This document shows positions 37,924-50,436 of a DNA stretch of 64,000 nt, in pieces. The DNA lies in NCBI GenBank assembly GCA_965202805.1, contig OZ241869.1:2208001-2272000 (forward strand), written 5' to 3'. The stretch is from Longimicrobiales bacterium (GTDB taxonomy: Bacteria > Gemmatimonadota > Gemmatimonadetes > Longimicrobiales > Gaopeijiaceae). Every line of letters begins with the position of its first letter. Position 1 is the stretch's first letter. The notes under the pieces were generated by a model. It was given only the letters and a program-made list of their open reading frames with translations. It had not been told where the DNA came from and ran no database searches. The position numbers and the translations under genes are program-made.

Positions 37924-39315
37924 ATGAGCGTCCGCCATCGCGAGCCCTACGACAACGTTATGGAGATGGTGGGGTGGACCCCGCTGGTGCGGCTGCACAG
38001 TGTCGCCGCGGACTGCCGCACCCCGGTTTACGGGAAGTGCGAGTTCATGAGCCCCGGCGGTTCGGTGAAGGATCGCATCGGCCTCGCCCTGGTGAGCGCC
38101 GCGGAGCGGGACGGGACCCTGCGGCCGGGCGGCGTCATCGTCGAAGCCACCAGCGGGAACACCGGGCTGGCGCTCGCGATGGCTGCGGCGACGCGCGGGT
38201 ATCGCTGCATCTTCACCATGCCCGACAAGATGAGCCAGGAGAAGGTGAAGCTGCTGCGCGCCTTCGGGGCGGAGGTGGTGATCACCCCCACGGCCGTCGG
38301 CCCCGACCATCCCGACCACTACCAGCAGGTCGCCCGCCGCATCACCCGGGAGACCCCCGGCGCCGTGCTGGCCGACCAGTTCTACAACCTCGAGAACCCG
38401 AACGCCCACTACGCCACGACCGGACCGGAACTCTGGGAGCAGAGCGGAGGCCGCATCACCCACCTGGTGGGCGGAGCGGGCACCGGAGGCACCATCTCCG
38501 GCGCCGGCGCATACCTGAAGGAGCGGAACCCGGCGGTCGAGGTGGTGGGCGTGGATCCGGTGGGGTCGGTGATCTCGTCCTTCTTCAACACCGGCGAGAT
38601 GGGGGAGGGACACCCCTACCTGGTGGAGGGACTCGGTAACGACAAGATCCCCGGCGCGCTCAACCTCGACGTGGTGGATGCGTACGTGACCGTCAAGGAC
38701 GGCGAAGCCTTCCGCATGGCGCGCCGGCTGACCACGGAGGAGGGGCTCTTCGTGGGGGGCTCGTCGGGGCTGAACACACACGCCGGGGTGGAGCTGGCCC
38801 GCCGGCTCGACGACCCGGAGGCCTTCGTGGTCGCCATTCTGTGCGACTGGGGAGAACACTACCTTACCAAGATGTACGACGACGAGTGGATGCGGGAGAA
38901 CGGGTTCCTGGAACGCCCGCGCAGGAGCGTCCACGACCTCGTGCGCGCCAAGGAGCCGCTCGGCTTCCGGCTGCTGACGGCGACGCCCTCCACTCCCGTG
39001 CGCATGGCGTTGTCCACCTTGAGCAGCCACGGGATCTCGCAGCTCCCGGTCGTCCGGGGCGGAGATTGCGTCGGCTCGCTGAGCGAGGGAAGGCTCATGG
39101 CACGCGTCATTCAGGACCCGGAAGTCCTGGACCACCCGGTGGAGACCGTCATGGGCTCGCCCTTCCCGGTGGTGGACAGCCATCTCGACGCCGAGAAGGC
39201 GACCCGGCTGCTGACCCGGGAAAACCCGGCGGTCCTGGTGAGGGCCAACGGGACCCTGGAGGACATTCTCACCCGCTTCGACATCGTGCGAACGCTCACG
39301 GGAGCGGCCGGTTGA
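37924..39315 (+). CDS. Cystathionine beta-synthase / cysteine synthase family protein with CBS domains
   Basis: PGGSVKDR, EATSGNTG, GTGGT, GGSSG; C-terminal CBS pair. Confidence 0.92.
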   Translation: MSVRHREPYDNVMEMVGWTPLVRLHSVAADCRTPVYGKCEFMSPGGSVKDRIGLALVSAAERDGTLRPGGVIVEATSGNTGLALAMAAATRGYRCIFTMPDKMSQEKVKLLRAFGAEVVITPTAVGPDHPDHYQQVARRITRETPGAVLADQFYNLENPNAHYATTGPELWEQSGGRITHLVGGAGTGGTISGAGAYLKERNPAVEVVGVDPVGSVISSFFNTGEMGEGHPYLVEGLGNDKIPGALNLDVVDAYVTVKDGEAFRMARRLTTEEGLFVGGSSGLNTHAGVELARRLDDPEAFVVAILCDWGEHYLTKMYDDEWMRENGFLERPRRSVHDLVRAKEPLGFRLLTATPSTPVRMALSTLSSHGISQLPVVRGGDCVGSLSEGRLMARVIQDPEVLDHPVETVMGSPFPVVDSHLDAEKATRLLTRENPAVLVRANGTLEDILTRFDIVRTLTGAAG

Positions 39316-39340
39316 GCGGGGCCCGGCGGGGAATGCGGTG

Positions 39341-40366
39341 ATGAAGGTCGCCGTGCTCATGGGCGGGACCTCCGAGGAACGGCCGGTATCGCTGGTCTCG
39401 GGCGCCGAGGTCGCCGCGGCGTTGCGCCGCCGCGGACATGAGGCCGTGGCGGTCGATCCCGCGTCGGGCGTGCTCAGCCGGGAACGGGAACGCGAGCTGC
39501 GCGAGTCCGGAGTGGCCCGGGAGGCGCCGCCCTCCGCGGGACCGGGCGGGAGCGATCCCCTGCTCCTCCTCGACGAGGCGTTGCGGGCCTGCGCGCCCGA
39601 CGTGGTCTTCCCGGCGCTCCACGGCGGGACCGGCGAGGACGGCACCGTGCAGTCGCTGCTCGACCTGATCGGGATCCCCTATGCGGGGAGCGGGCACACC
39701 GGCTGCGCCCTGGCCATGGACAAGGACCTCACCAAGCGGCTGCTGCGCGACGCCGGCATGCCGACGCCCGAGTGGATCACCGGACCCGCGCCCACGGAGC
39801 GCGTCGTGGCCGAGCTGGGGCTTCCCCTGATCGTCAAGCCGCCGAGGGGCGGGTCGACGCTGGGGCTCACGCTCGTGCATCGCGCCCGAGAGGTCCCGGC
39901 CGCGGAGGAGCAGGCGCTCGCCTACGGTGGCGAGGTGATGTTCGAGCGCTACGTTCGGGGACGGGAGTTGACGGTGGGGATTCTGGGGGACCAGGCACTC
40001 CCGCCCGGTGAGATCATCCCCGAAAACGAGATCTTCGACTACGAGTGCAAGTATCAGCCGGGGATGGCGCGCGAGATCTTCCCGGCCCACATCCCGGAGG
40101 ACGTCGCCGCCACACTCCGCCGGCAGGCGCTCGCGGTGCACGGCGTCCTCCGGCTTGACGGCTTCAGCCGCGTCGACTTCATCCTGGACTCCGGCGGCAC
40201 CCCCTGGTGCCTCGAGGCGAACGCGCTTCCGGGCCTCACCCCCGCCAGCCTCCTGCCGCGGGCCGGGCGCGCCGCCGGGCTGTCCTTCGGCGAACTGTGC
40301 GAGCGCATCGCCGCCCTGGCGCTGTCCGGACGCGCCGCGCCGGTTGCCGCCGGCCCCCGCGCATGA
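39341..40366 (+). CDS. ddl: D-alanine--D-alanine ligase
   Basis: GGTSEER.VS, LHGGTGEDG, MDK, GST.G, FDYECKY, RVDF, EAN.LPG. Confidence 0.93.
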   Translation: MKVAVLMGGTSEERPVSLVSGAEVAAALRRRGHEAVAVDPASGVLSRERERELRESGVAREAPPSAGPGGSDPLLLLDEALRACAPDVVFPALHGGTGEDGTVQSLLDLIGIPYAGSGHTGCALAMDKDLTKRLLRDAGMPTPEWITGPAPTERVVAELGLPLIVKPPRGGSTLGLTLVHRAREVPAAEEQALAYGGEVMFERYVRGRELTVGILGDQALPPGEIIPENEIFDYECKYQPGMAREIFPAHIPEDVAATLRRQALAVHGVLRLDGFSRVDFILDSGGTPWCLEANALPGLTPASLLPRAGRAAGLSFGELCERIAALALSGRAAPVAAGPRA

Positions 40367-41217
40367 GCTGGTCGTCGTTCCAGCCGGGCTACGGAGCGTC
40401 GGTGCTTACGCCCTGGGTGAAGCGACTGCTGATCGCCAACGGGGCGATCTTCCTGCTCATATGGATAAGCGGAAGCGCCGGCTTCTTCGTGGAGTGGTTC
40501 GCGTTCCGGCCGTCCCGCATCCTCACCCGCCCCTGGGGCGCGCTCACCTACATGTTCCTGCACGCGGGCTTCTGGCATGTGTTCATCAACATGCTGATGC
40601 TGTTCTTCTTCGGCCTGCCGCTGGAGCGGCGCTGGGGTTCGCGCGAGTTCATCAAGTACTACCTGCTGTGCGGACTCGGAGGAGTGGCTCTCAGCTTCGT
40701 CTTCCAGTCCTCTTCGATCATCGGCGCGTCGGCGGCGGTGTACGGCCTGATGGCCGCCTTCGCCATGACCTGGCCGGACGCGCCCATCTACATCTGGGGG
40801 ATCTTTCCGGTCAAGGCGAAATGGCTGGCCGCCTTCCTCTTCGTGGTGAGCACGCTGAGCGCCTTCGGGGGAGGGGGGGACGGGATCGCCCACTTCGCCC
40901 ATCTGGGCGGCCTGGTCACGGGATTCATCTACCTCAGAACCGACTGGCGCACTCCCGCGTGGCTGCGGGGGCGCGGCACGGGCGGCTCCTCGCGTCCGGG
41001 CGAAAGATCCGGTTCCGGCAAGAAACCGGCAGCGCGGCCGACCCCCCCGGCGGACTCCCCCGGTCCCCGGCGACGTTGGGGGAGAGCCGACGAGGAAGCT
41101 CTGCTGGACGAAGTGGACGCCATCCTCGACAAGATCTCGCGCAGCGGGATGAGGTCGCTGACGCGCAAGGAACTCGAACTCCTCAACGAGGTTTCCCGCC
41201 GGCGCCGCTCTTCCTAG
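40363..41217 (+). CDS. Rhomboid intramembrane serine protease with C-terminal DUF6576-like tail
   Basis: HVFINM, GASAA, AHLGG; VDAILDKISRSG..SLT..E. Confidence 0.9.
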   Translation: MSWSSFQPGYGASVLTPWVKRLLIANGAIFLLIWISGSAGFFVEWFAFRPSRILTRPWGALTYMFLHAGFWHVFINMLMLFFFGLPLERRWGSREFIKYYLLCGLGGVALSFVFQSSSIIGASAAVYGLMAAFAMTWPDAPIYIWGIFPVKAKWLAAFLFVVSTLSAFGGGGDGIAHFAHLGGLVTGFIYLRTDWRTPAWLRGRGTGGSSRPGERSGSGKKPAARPTPPADSPGPRRRWGRADEEALLDEVDAILDKISRSGMRSLTRKELELLNEVSRRRRSS

Positions 41218-41298
41218 CTTCTGCTCCCGGCCGAATCCGCCGGAAACCACGACGCCGCGCCGCGTCGCCCGACTCAACACACGTTTTCAGGAGGCCAG

Positions 41299-43389
41299 AT
41301 GGCGGAAGGGAAGGAGTATCTGACGGAGGATATTCGCAACGTGGCCATACTCGGTCACGGGGGCTCCGGCAAGACCATGCTCGTGGACGCCCTCGCATTC
41401 GTGGGAGGGACGGCACGGCGCAAGGGCAATGTGGCGGAGGGACACGCCCTCACGATGACCGCGCCCGAGGAGATCCAGCACGGGATCTCGATGCAGCTCA
41501 CTCCGGCCTTCAGCGAGTGGAAGGGGACGAAGATCAACCTGATCGATACGCCCGGATACCTGGACTTCACCGGGGAGGCCCTGGCGGCGGTGCGGGTGGC
41601 GGACGCGGCCGTCATCGTGGTGAGCGCGACCTCGGGCGTCGAGGTCGGGACCGAACGGGTGTGGCGCTACTGCGAGGAGCGCGGCATTCCCTGCATCTTC
41701 TTCGTCTCGATGATGGACAAGGAGCACGCCGACTTCCGCAAGGTATTCGAGGACATCAAGGAGACCCTCGCCGACAGCGCATTGCCGGTCGAGATACCGG
41801 TGGGCGAGGGGCCCGGCTTCCGCGGGATCATCAACCTGTTCAGCGGACGCACCCACATGTATCGGGAAGGCTCCGTCACGGGCGAATACGACGAAGCCGA
41901 CATCCCCTCCGACCTGGAGGACATCTTCGAGGAGTGGACCACCGAGCTGCAGGAAACCCTCGCGACCACCGACGAGGAGCTCCTGGACCGTTATCTGGAG
42001 GGCGAGGAGATCACGCGTGAGGAAGCCCTCGAGGCCATGGCCATCGCGATGGGGCGGGGCGAGGTGGCACCCGTCTTCTGCGGGTCGTCGACGCGCGTCT
42101 ACGGGATCCGGGCGCTGCTGCGCAAGATGGTCGAGCTCTTCCCCGATCCCTCCGAGTCGGGCAGCCACTCCGCCTCCCGTCCGGGCCTGGACCAGGACGC
42201 GGAGCTGCAGGCGACCGACGACGGGTCGTTCGCGGCGCTGATCTTCAAGACCGCGACCGAGCCGCATGTGGGCGAGCTGTCGTATTTTCGCGTGTTCAGC
42301 GGGGTCGCGGTCAACGGAATGGATGCGCACAACGCCGACCGCAGCTCCAGCGAGAAGCTGAACCACGTGTCCATACCTCTGGGGCGCGAGCGCCTGGAGG
42401 TTCCCCGCCTGCACGCGGGCGACATCGGCGTGGTGGCCAAGCTCAAGAACACGAGCACCAACGACACCCTGTCCTCCTCCGCCCGGCCCCTCGTCCTCCG
42501 CAAGATCGACTTCCCGCAGCCGGACGTGTCGGTGGCGATGAGGGGGGCGACCCGCGCCGATGACGACAAGATCGGCGAGGCCCTGCAGAAGCTGCACGAC
42601 GAGGATCCGACCTTCCATGCCGCGTACAATCCCGAGCTGGGACAGACGATAGCGCGGGGACTCGGGGAGCTGCACCTGGACGTCCAGATGCAGCGCATGA
42701 AGCGCAAGTACAACGTCAGCGTCGAGACCGAGGAACCCAAAATCGCCTACCGGGAGACCATCACGCGCACCGCGCAGGGACGCGGGCGTTTCAAGAAGCA
42801 GACCGGCGGCCGTGGTCAGTTCGGCGACTGTTGGGTGCGCCTGTCGCCCCGTCCGCGCGGCGAAGGCTACGAGTTCGTGGACAGCATCAAGGGGGGCGTC
42901 ATCCCCGGGAAGTACGTCCCGTCGGTGAACAAGGGCATCCAGGAGGCCGCCGGAAGGGGGGTCCTCGCCGGCTTTGCGCTGGTGGATTTCGCGGCCGAGT
43001 GCTACGACGGCTCCTACCACTCGGTGGACTCCTCCGACATCGCGTTCAAGGTGGCCGGGTCGATGGCCTTCCGCGAGGTCGCGGCCAGGGCGGGACCGGT
43101 GCTGCTCGAACCGATCATCGAGGTAGAGGTGTCGACCCCGGACGAGTACATGGGCGACATCATGGGCGACATCACGCAGCGCCGCGGCAAGGTCCAGGGC
43201 ATGGTGCCCGGCAACGGAAACACGACCGTGCAGGCGCTCGTTCCCGAGGCCGAACTCTACAAGTACGCCACCGCGCTGCGATCCATGACCCAGGGACGCG
43301 CCCACCACACGCGTAACCTCGCCGGCTACGAGCCGATGCCGGCGCACGAGGCGCAACAGGTGATCGAGGCGCTCAAGGCGGAGGAGTAG
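41299..43389 (+). CDS. Elongation factor G paralog (EF-G2-like)
   Basis: GHGGSGKT, DTPG, GLGELHL, KKQTGGRGQ, DGSYHSVDSS; divergent switch I and G4; not in an rpsL-rpsG context. Confidence 0.9.
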   Translation: MAEGKEYLTEDIRNVAILGHGGSGKTMLVDALAFVGGTARRKGNVAEGHALTMTAPEEIQHGISMQLTPAFSEWKGTKINLIDTPGYLDFTGEALAAVRVADAAVIVVSATSGVEVGTERVWRYCEERGIPCIFFVSMMDKEHADFRKVFEDIKETLADSALPVEIPVGEGPGFRGIINLFSGRTHMYREGSVTGEYDEADIPSDLEDIFEEWTTELQETLATTDEELLDRYLEGEEITREEALEAMAIAMGRGEVAPVFCGSSTRVYGIRALLRKMVELFPDPSESGSHSASRPGLDQDAELQATDDGSFAALIFKTATEPHVGELSYFRVFSGVAVNGMDAHNADRSSSEKLNHVSIPLGRERLEVPRLHAGDIGVVAKLKNTSTNDTLSSSARPLVLRKIDFPQPDVSVAMRGATRADDDKIGEALQKLHDEDPTFHAAYNPELGQTIARGLGELHLDVQMQRMKRKYNVSVETEEPKIAYRETITRTAQGRGRFKKQTGGRGQFGDCWVRLSPRPRGEGYEFVDSIKGGVIPGKYVPSVNKGIQEAAGRGVLAGFALVDFAAECYDGSYHSVDSSDIAFKVAGSMAFREVAARAGPVLLEPIIEVEVSTPDEYMGDIMGDITQRRGKVQGMVPGNGNTTVQALVPEAELYKYATALRSMTQGRAHHTRNLAGYEPMPAHEAQQVIEALKAEE

Positions 43390-43404
43390 CGCAGGAGGCA
43401 GCCC

Positions 43405-44154
43405 GTGGCCGGACACAGCAAGTGGGCCAAGATCAAGCGCAAAAAGGCCGTCAACGACGCCCGGCAGGGCCAGATCTTCACCAAGCTCATCCGCGAGCTG
43501 ACGGTGGCGGCGCGGGACGGAGGGGGCGATCCCGGCTTCAACCCGCGCCTGCGCCTGGCGGTGGACACCGCCAAGGCCGCAAACATGCCCCAGGAGAACA
43601 TCGAGCGGGCGATAAAAAAGGGGACCGGTGAACTCGCCGGCGTCAACTACGAGGAGGTGGCCTACGAGGGCTACGCGCCCGGCGGGATCGCGCTCTACAT
43701 AGAGACCCTGACCGACAACCCCAAGCGCACCGTGGCGGCGGTGAGGCACCTCCTCACCAAGAACGGGGGCAGCCTGGGGACGGCCGGGTCGGTGGCCTGG
43801 CAGTTCGACCGCAGGGGGCAGATCTACATCGAGGCGGCCGAGCATTCCGAGGAGGAGGTGCTCGAGGCGGCGCTCGAGGCGGGGGCGGAGGACGTGGCGC
43901 GTGAGGGCGGCGACATCATCGTCACGACGGAACTGGCCTCCTTTCACCAGGTCCAGGAGGACATGCGGCAGGCCGGAATCCGCATCGCTCAGGCGGAGCT
44001 GGCGATGATTCCGCAGAACGAAGTGGACGTCGCGGGCAGGACCGCGGAACGGCTGGTCCGCCTGGTGGAGGCGCTCGACGGGTCGGACGACGTTCAGAAG
44101 ATCTCGTCCAACGGCAACATCGACGAGGAAACCCTGGCCCGGCTGTCGGAATGA
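43405..44154 (+). CDS. yebC: YebC/PmpR family protein
   Basis: MAGHSKWAKIKRKK, NPRLR, YEGY, TDNPKRT, DDVQ. Confidence 0.95.
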   Translation: MAGHSKWAKIKRKKAVNDARQGQIFTKLIRELTVAARDGGGDPGFNPRLRLAVDTAKAANMPQENIERAIKKGTGELAGVNYEEVAYEGYAPGGIALYIETLTDNPKRTVAAVRHLLTKNGGSLGTAGSVAWQFDRRGQIYIEAAEHSEEEVLEAALEAGAEDVAREGGDIIVTTELASFHQVQEDMRQAGIRIAQAELAMIPQNEVDVAGRTAERLVRLVEALDGSDDVQKISSNGNIDEETLARLSE

Positions 44155-44179
44155 CGGCCGGACGGCCGCGACGCGGGCG

Positions 44180-44680
44180 GTGAGGGCGCCGGGCGGGACG
44201 CTGATCGTGCTCGGGGTGGATCCGGGCACGGCGCGCACCGGCTACGGGGTGGTCGCCAGCCGGGAGCGCACGCTCTCGCTGCTCGAGTGCGGGGTGGTGC
44301 GCACCCGGCCCCGGCGCCCGCTCGCCGACCGCATCCGCCACATCTTCGAGGCGATTCAGTCGATCATGGAGCGCTTCGAGCCCTCCGTGCTCTCCGTCGA
44401 GAAGGTCTTCCAGGGGAGGAATCCGCAGAGCGCGCTGACCCTGGGCCACGCACGCGGCGCCATCCTGTTGGCGGGCGCGCTCGCCGAGGTCCAGATTGCC
44501 GAGTATTCGCCGGCCGCGATCAAGAACGCGGTCGTCGGCACCGGCCGGGCCACCAAGGAACAGGTGGGGTTCATGGTCAAGACACATCTGCGGCTGGCTT
44601 CCGCACCCTCGCCCGACGACGCGGCCGACGGAGTGGCGGTCGCGCTCTGCCACTGTCTGATCGGGAGCCTTCCCGGGTGA
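44180..44680 (+). CDS. ruvC: Holliday junction endonuclease RuvC
   Basis: LGVDPG, VEKVF, LGHARG, KNAVVG.G.ATKEQV, DAADG. Confidence 0.93.
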   Translation: MRAPGGTLIVLGVDPGTARTGYGVVASRERTLSLLECGVVRTRPRRPLADRIRHIFEAIQSIMERFEPSVLSVEKVFQGRNPQSALTLGHARGAILLAGALAEVQIAEYSPAAIKNAVVGTGRATKEQVGFMVKTHLRLASAPSPDDAADGVAVALCHCLIGSLPG

Positions 44681-45276
44681 TCAGCAGGCTGCACGGAGTT
44701 CTGATCGAGGGGGACGTGGACTCGGTCGAGGTCGAGACCCCGGGCGGCGTCGTGTACGAGGTTCACGTGCCGGCCACGGTGGCGGGGCGCCTGCCCCCTC
44801 CGGGCTCACAGGTGCGGCTGCGCACGGTCCAGGTCGTGCGCGACGACTCGGTCGCCCTGTACGGGTTCCTGGAGGCCCATGAGCGCGACATGTTCCAGCG
44901 CCTGCTGGGGGCGACCGGAGTCGGGGCCAAGCTGGCGCGCGAGATGCTGTCGACGTACTCGGTCCAGCGACTGGCGCAGGCCCTGGCCAACAAGGAGACG
45001 GCCGTCCTCACGCGGGTCAGCGGGGTCGGCAGGAAAAAGGCCGAGTTGCTCATCCTCAGGCTGAGCGACAAGGTGCGCGACCTGGCGCTGGCCCCCGATG
45101 GCGGCGCGGCGGCGCCTCACGGCACGCGCGAGGCGGTCAACGCCCTGATGGCTCTGGGGTATTCCTTCGCGCAGGCGGACGAAGCGGTGCGCGGCGTGCC
45201 GGACCGCGAGGGCGCGGGGGAGGAGATGAAGACCGAGGAACTGATCCGGAAGGCGCTGGAGCGCATCGGCCGATGA
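44677..45276 (+). CDS. ruvA: Holliday junction branch migration protein RuvA
   Basis: [33 protein letters not shown]. Confidence 0.93.
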   Translation: MISRLHGVLIEGDVDSVEVETPGGVVYEVHVPATVAGRLPPPGSQVRLRTVQVVRDDSVALYGFLEAHERDMFQRLLGATGVGAKLAREMLSTYSVQRLAQALANKETAVLTRVSGVGRKKAELLILRLSDKVRDLALAPDGGAAAPHGTREAVNALMALGYSFAQADEAVRGVPDREGAGEEMKTEELIRKALERIGR

Positions 45277-46336
45277 CCGATCGCTACGATGTCACCACGC
45301 CCCGGGAGCTCTCCGGGGAGGGTGCCACCGAGCTCTCCCTCCGCCCGGGCAGCCTTGCGGAGTTCATCGGCCAGGGGAAGGTCCGGGAGACGCTCTCGAT
45401 CGCGATCGCGGCAGCTCGCAGGCGGGGCGACGCGCTCGACCACCTGCTATTCCATGGCCCCCCGGGGCTCGGCAAGACCACGCTGGCGATGCTGCTCGCC
45501 TCGGAGATGGGGGTCGGGGTCAAGATGACCTCCGGGCCCGTGCTGGAGAAACCCGGGGATCTGGTGAGCGTCCTTACCAACCTGAACGACCGGGACATCC
45601 TGTTCATCGACGAGATCCACCGCCTGCGGCCCATCGTGGAGGAATTCCTCTACCCCGCCATGGAGGATTTCCGGGTGGAGATCCGCATCGCCGACGGGCC
45701 TGCGGCGCGCACCGTGACCATGCAGATCGAGCGCTTCACCCTGGTGGGCGCCACGACCCGCTTCGGCCTGCTCACGGAACCCATGCGCGCGCGCTTCGGG
45801 ATGGTCGAGCGGCTCGACTTCTATCCGCCGGAGGAGCTGACCCGGGTGGTCCGGCGCAGCGCGGAGATCGTGGGGGTGGACACCACCGATGAGGGCGTCT
45901 TCGAGCTGGCGCGGCGGGCGCGGGGTACGCCCCGGGTGGCCAACCGGTTGCTGCGCCGGCTTCGCGACTACGCCGAGGTGCGCGCCGACGGCGTGATCAG
46001 CGGCGAAGTGGCGCGCGCGGGGCTTCGGCTGCTCGAGGTGGACGAGTACGGGATGGACCAGATGGACGCGCGCGTGCTGCGCACCATCATCGAGAAGTTC
46101 GGCGGCGGACCCGTGGGGCTCGCCTCCCTGGCCGTGGCTCTCAGCGAGGACGAAGGGACCCTGGAGGAGGTCTACGAGCCGTTTCTGATCCAGAACGGTT
46201 TTCTCGAGCGCACCCCGCGCGGTCGCAAGACCACGGAGCGCGCCCACCGGCGCTTCGGCCACCCGTCCGGCGCGCGGGAGGAGGGGCGTTCGGGTCCTGA
46301 CGCAGGCGGGCACGACCAGTCGTCGCTCTTCCGGCG

Positions 46337-46340
<4 letters not shown>
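45273..46340 (+). CDS. ruvB: Holliday junction DNA helicase RuvB
   Basis: [36 protein letters not shown]. Confidence 0.97.
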
Positions 46341-48569
<2,229 letters not shown>

Positions 48570-48617
48570 AACACCAACCACCGGCCCCGGGCCGGCGCAT
48601 CATCGGAGGAACGAATC

Positions 48618-48962
48618 TTGGAACTCTGGATCGCGATATCGGCCCAGCCGCTCCGGCTGTCGCCGCTGGCAGGGCTGCCCCAGGGAGGGGGAGGCTCGGG
48701 CTTCGTCTTCTTCTTTCAGCTGATCGCGATCATCGCGATCTTCTACTTTCTCCTGATCCGGCCCCAGCGCAAGGAGCAGAAGCGCCACCGCGAAATGGTG
48801 GCGGCGCTCAAGAAGGGGGACAGGGTGGTGACCGCGGGCGGGATCGTAGGCAAGGTGATTCACGCTCAGGAGCAACATCTCACCATCGTGACGGCGGAGA
48901 ACACCCGCCTCGTGATCGAGCGCTCCAAGATCGCCGCGCTCACCAACCCGCGGGACTCGTAG
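48618..48962 (+). CDS. yajC: Preprotein translocase subunit YajC
   Basis: FYFLLIRPQRK, LKKGD.VVT.GGI.G. Confidence 0.92.
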   Translation: MELWIAISAQPLRLSPLAGLPQGGGGSGFVFFFQLIAIIAIFYFLLIRPQRKEQKRHREMVAALKKGDRVVTAGGIVGKVIHAQEQHLTIVTAENTRLVIERSKIAALTNPRDS

Positions 48963-48973
48963 CCACGCCCGGA

Positions 48974-49492
48974 ATGGCACTGCGCAGGATCGAGCTGTAC
49001 GGCAGCAAGGTGTTGCGGCGTCCGGCGGACCCGGTCGACGAGATCGATGACGAGGTGCGCGCGCTGGTGCGCGACATGTTCGAGACCATGTACGATGCGA
49101 AGGGCATCGGGCTGGCCGCGCCGCAGGTCGGCATCTCCCGGCGGATCGTCGTGCTGGACGTGGAGGAGGAGTCCGGCGAGTCGAACCCGGTGGCGCTGGT
49201 GAACCCCCGGCTGGCGAGCCGGACGACGAAGAAGGACAAGCAGGCGGAGGGGTGCCTGAGCGTTCCCGGAGTGGAAGGCATCGTGCAACGGCCGGTATCG
49301 GTCGTGGTGGACGGCATGGACCCGGAAGGACGGAGCGTGCGACTCGAGGCGGAGGGGCTCTTCGCGCGCGCGCTGCAGCACGAGATCGACCACCTGGACG
49401 GCGTGCTCTTCATCGATCGGCTGAGCCCCCTCAAGCGGCAGCTGCTGCTCAAGAAGTGGAGGAAGCTGCAGGCCGAAGCCGCGGAGCCGTGA
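48974..49492 (+). CDS. def: Peptide deformylase
   Basis: GIGLAAPQ, EGCLS, QHEIDHLDG. Confidence 0.96.
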   Translation: MALRRIELYGSKVLRRPADPVDEIDDEVRALVRDMFETMYDAKGIGLAAPQVGISRRIVVLDVEEESGESNPVALVNPRLASRTTKKDKQAEGCLSVPGVEGIVQRPVSVVVDGMDPEGRSVRLEAEGLFARALQHEIDHLDGVLFIDRLSPLKRQLLLKKWRKLQAEAAEP

Positions 49493-50436
49493 GGGTTCTC
49501 TTCTGGGGAACGGCGACCTTCGCCCTCCCCTCCCTCCGAGGCCTGGCCGATGCCGGTCACGAGATCGCGGGCGTGGTGACGCAACCCGACCGGGGCGCGG
49601 GCCGGGGGCGGCGGCCGCGGCCCACTCCCGTGAAGGAAGCCGCGCGCACCGCGGGATATCCGGTCTTCACCCCCGAGCGCCCGGGCCGCCCGGCCTTCCT
49701 GGGGCGCATGCGAGCCCTCCGGCCCGACCTCTCCGTGGTCGCCGCCTACGGCCACTTCCTGAGCCGGGAGGCGCTGGATCTTCCCGCCCTCGGGTCGATC
49801 AACGTGCACGCGTCCCTTCTCCCCGAACTCAGGGGCGCGGCCCCGGTTCACTGGGCCATCGCGCGTGGCCACGCGGCCACCGGGATCACGATCATGCGCA
49901 TGGTGGCGGCCATGGATGCGGGCCCCATCCTGCACCAGGAGAAGACCGGCATCCTCCCGGACGAGACCGCCGGCGAACTCTACGAGCGGCTGGCGCTGGT
50001 CGGCGGCCGCGGGCTGGTGCGGGCGCTGGAGATGATGGGCGAAGGAACCGTCGGGGAGCGTCCCCAGGACCACGCGCGGGCGACCTTCGCACCCCGTCTC
50101 TCCCGCCGGGACGCGCGGGTGGCGTGGGCTCGCCCTGCAGAGGAGGTGGCCCGCTGGATACGCGCCATGGACGCGGTGCCGGGAGCGTGGAGCGAGCTGG
50201 ACGGCAGCCCCCTCAAGCTCTTCCGCCCGCGCGTGCTCGAGGGCGGTGCGCGGGACGGATGCGAGCGGCGGGAGCCCGGCACCGTGACCGCGGCGGACCC
50301 CGGGCAGGGGTTCCGCGTCGCGACCGGCAAGGGCTCGATAGAGGTGGGCGAGGTGCAGCCTGCCGGCAGACGGCGCATGCCCGCCCGCGACTGGCTGCGA
50401 GGCAGGGCTGCCCGGCCGGGGCAGCGATTGCGATGA
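49489..50436 (+). CDS. fmt: Methionyl-tRNA formyltransferase
   Basis: VVTQPD, AYG, NVHASLLP..RGAAP, MDAG. Confidence 0.95.
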   Translation: MRVLFWGTATFALPSLRGLADAGHEIAGVVTQPDRGAGRGRRPRPTPVKEAARTAGYPVFTPERPGRPAFLGRMRALRPDLSVVAAYGHFLSREALDLPALGSINVHASLLPELRGAAPVHWAIARGHAATGITIMRMVAAMDAGPILHQEKTGILPDETAGELYERLALVGGRGLVRALEMMGEGTVGERPQDHARATFAPRLSRRDARVAWARPAEEVARWIRAMDAVPGAWSELDGSPLKLFRPRVLEGGARDGCERREPGTVTAADPGQGFRVATGKGSIEVGEVQPAGRRRMPARDWLRGRAARPGQRLR

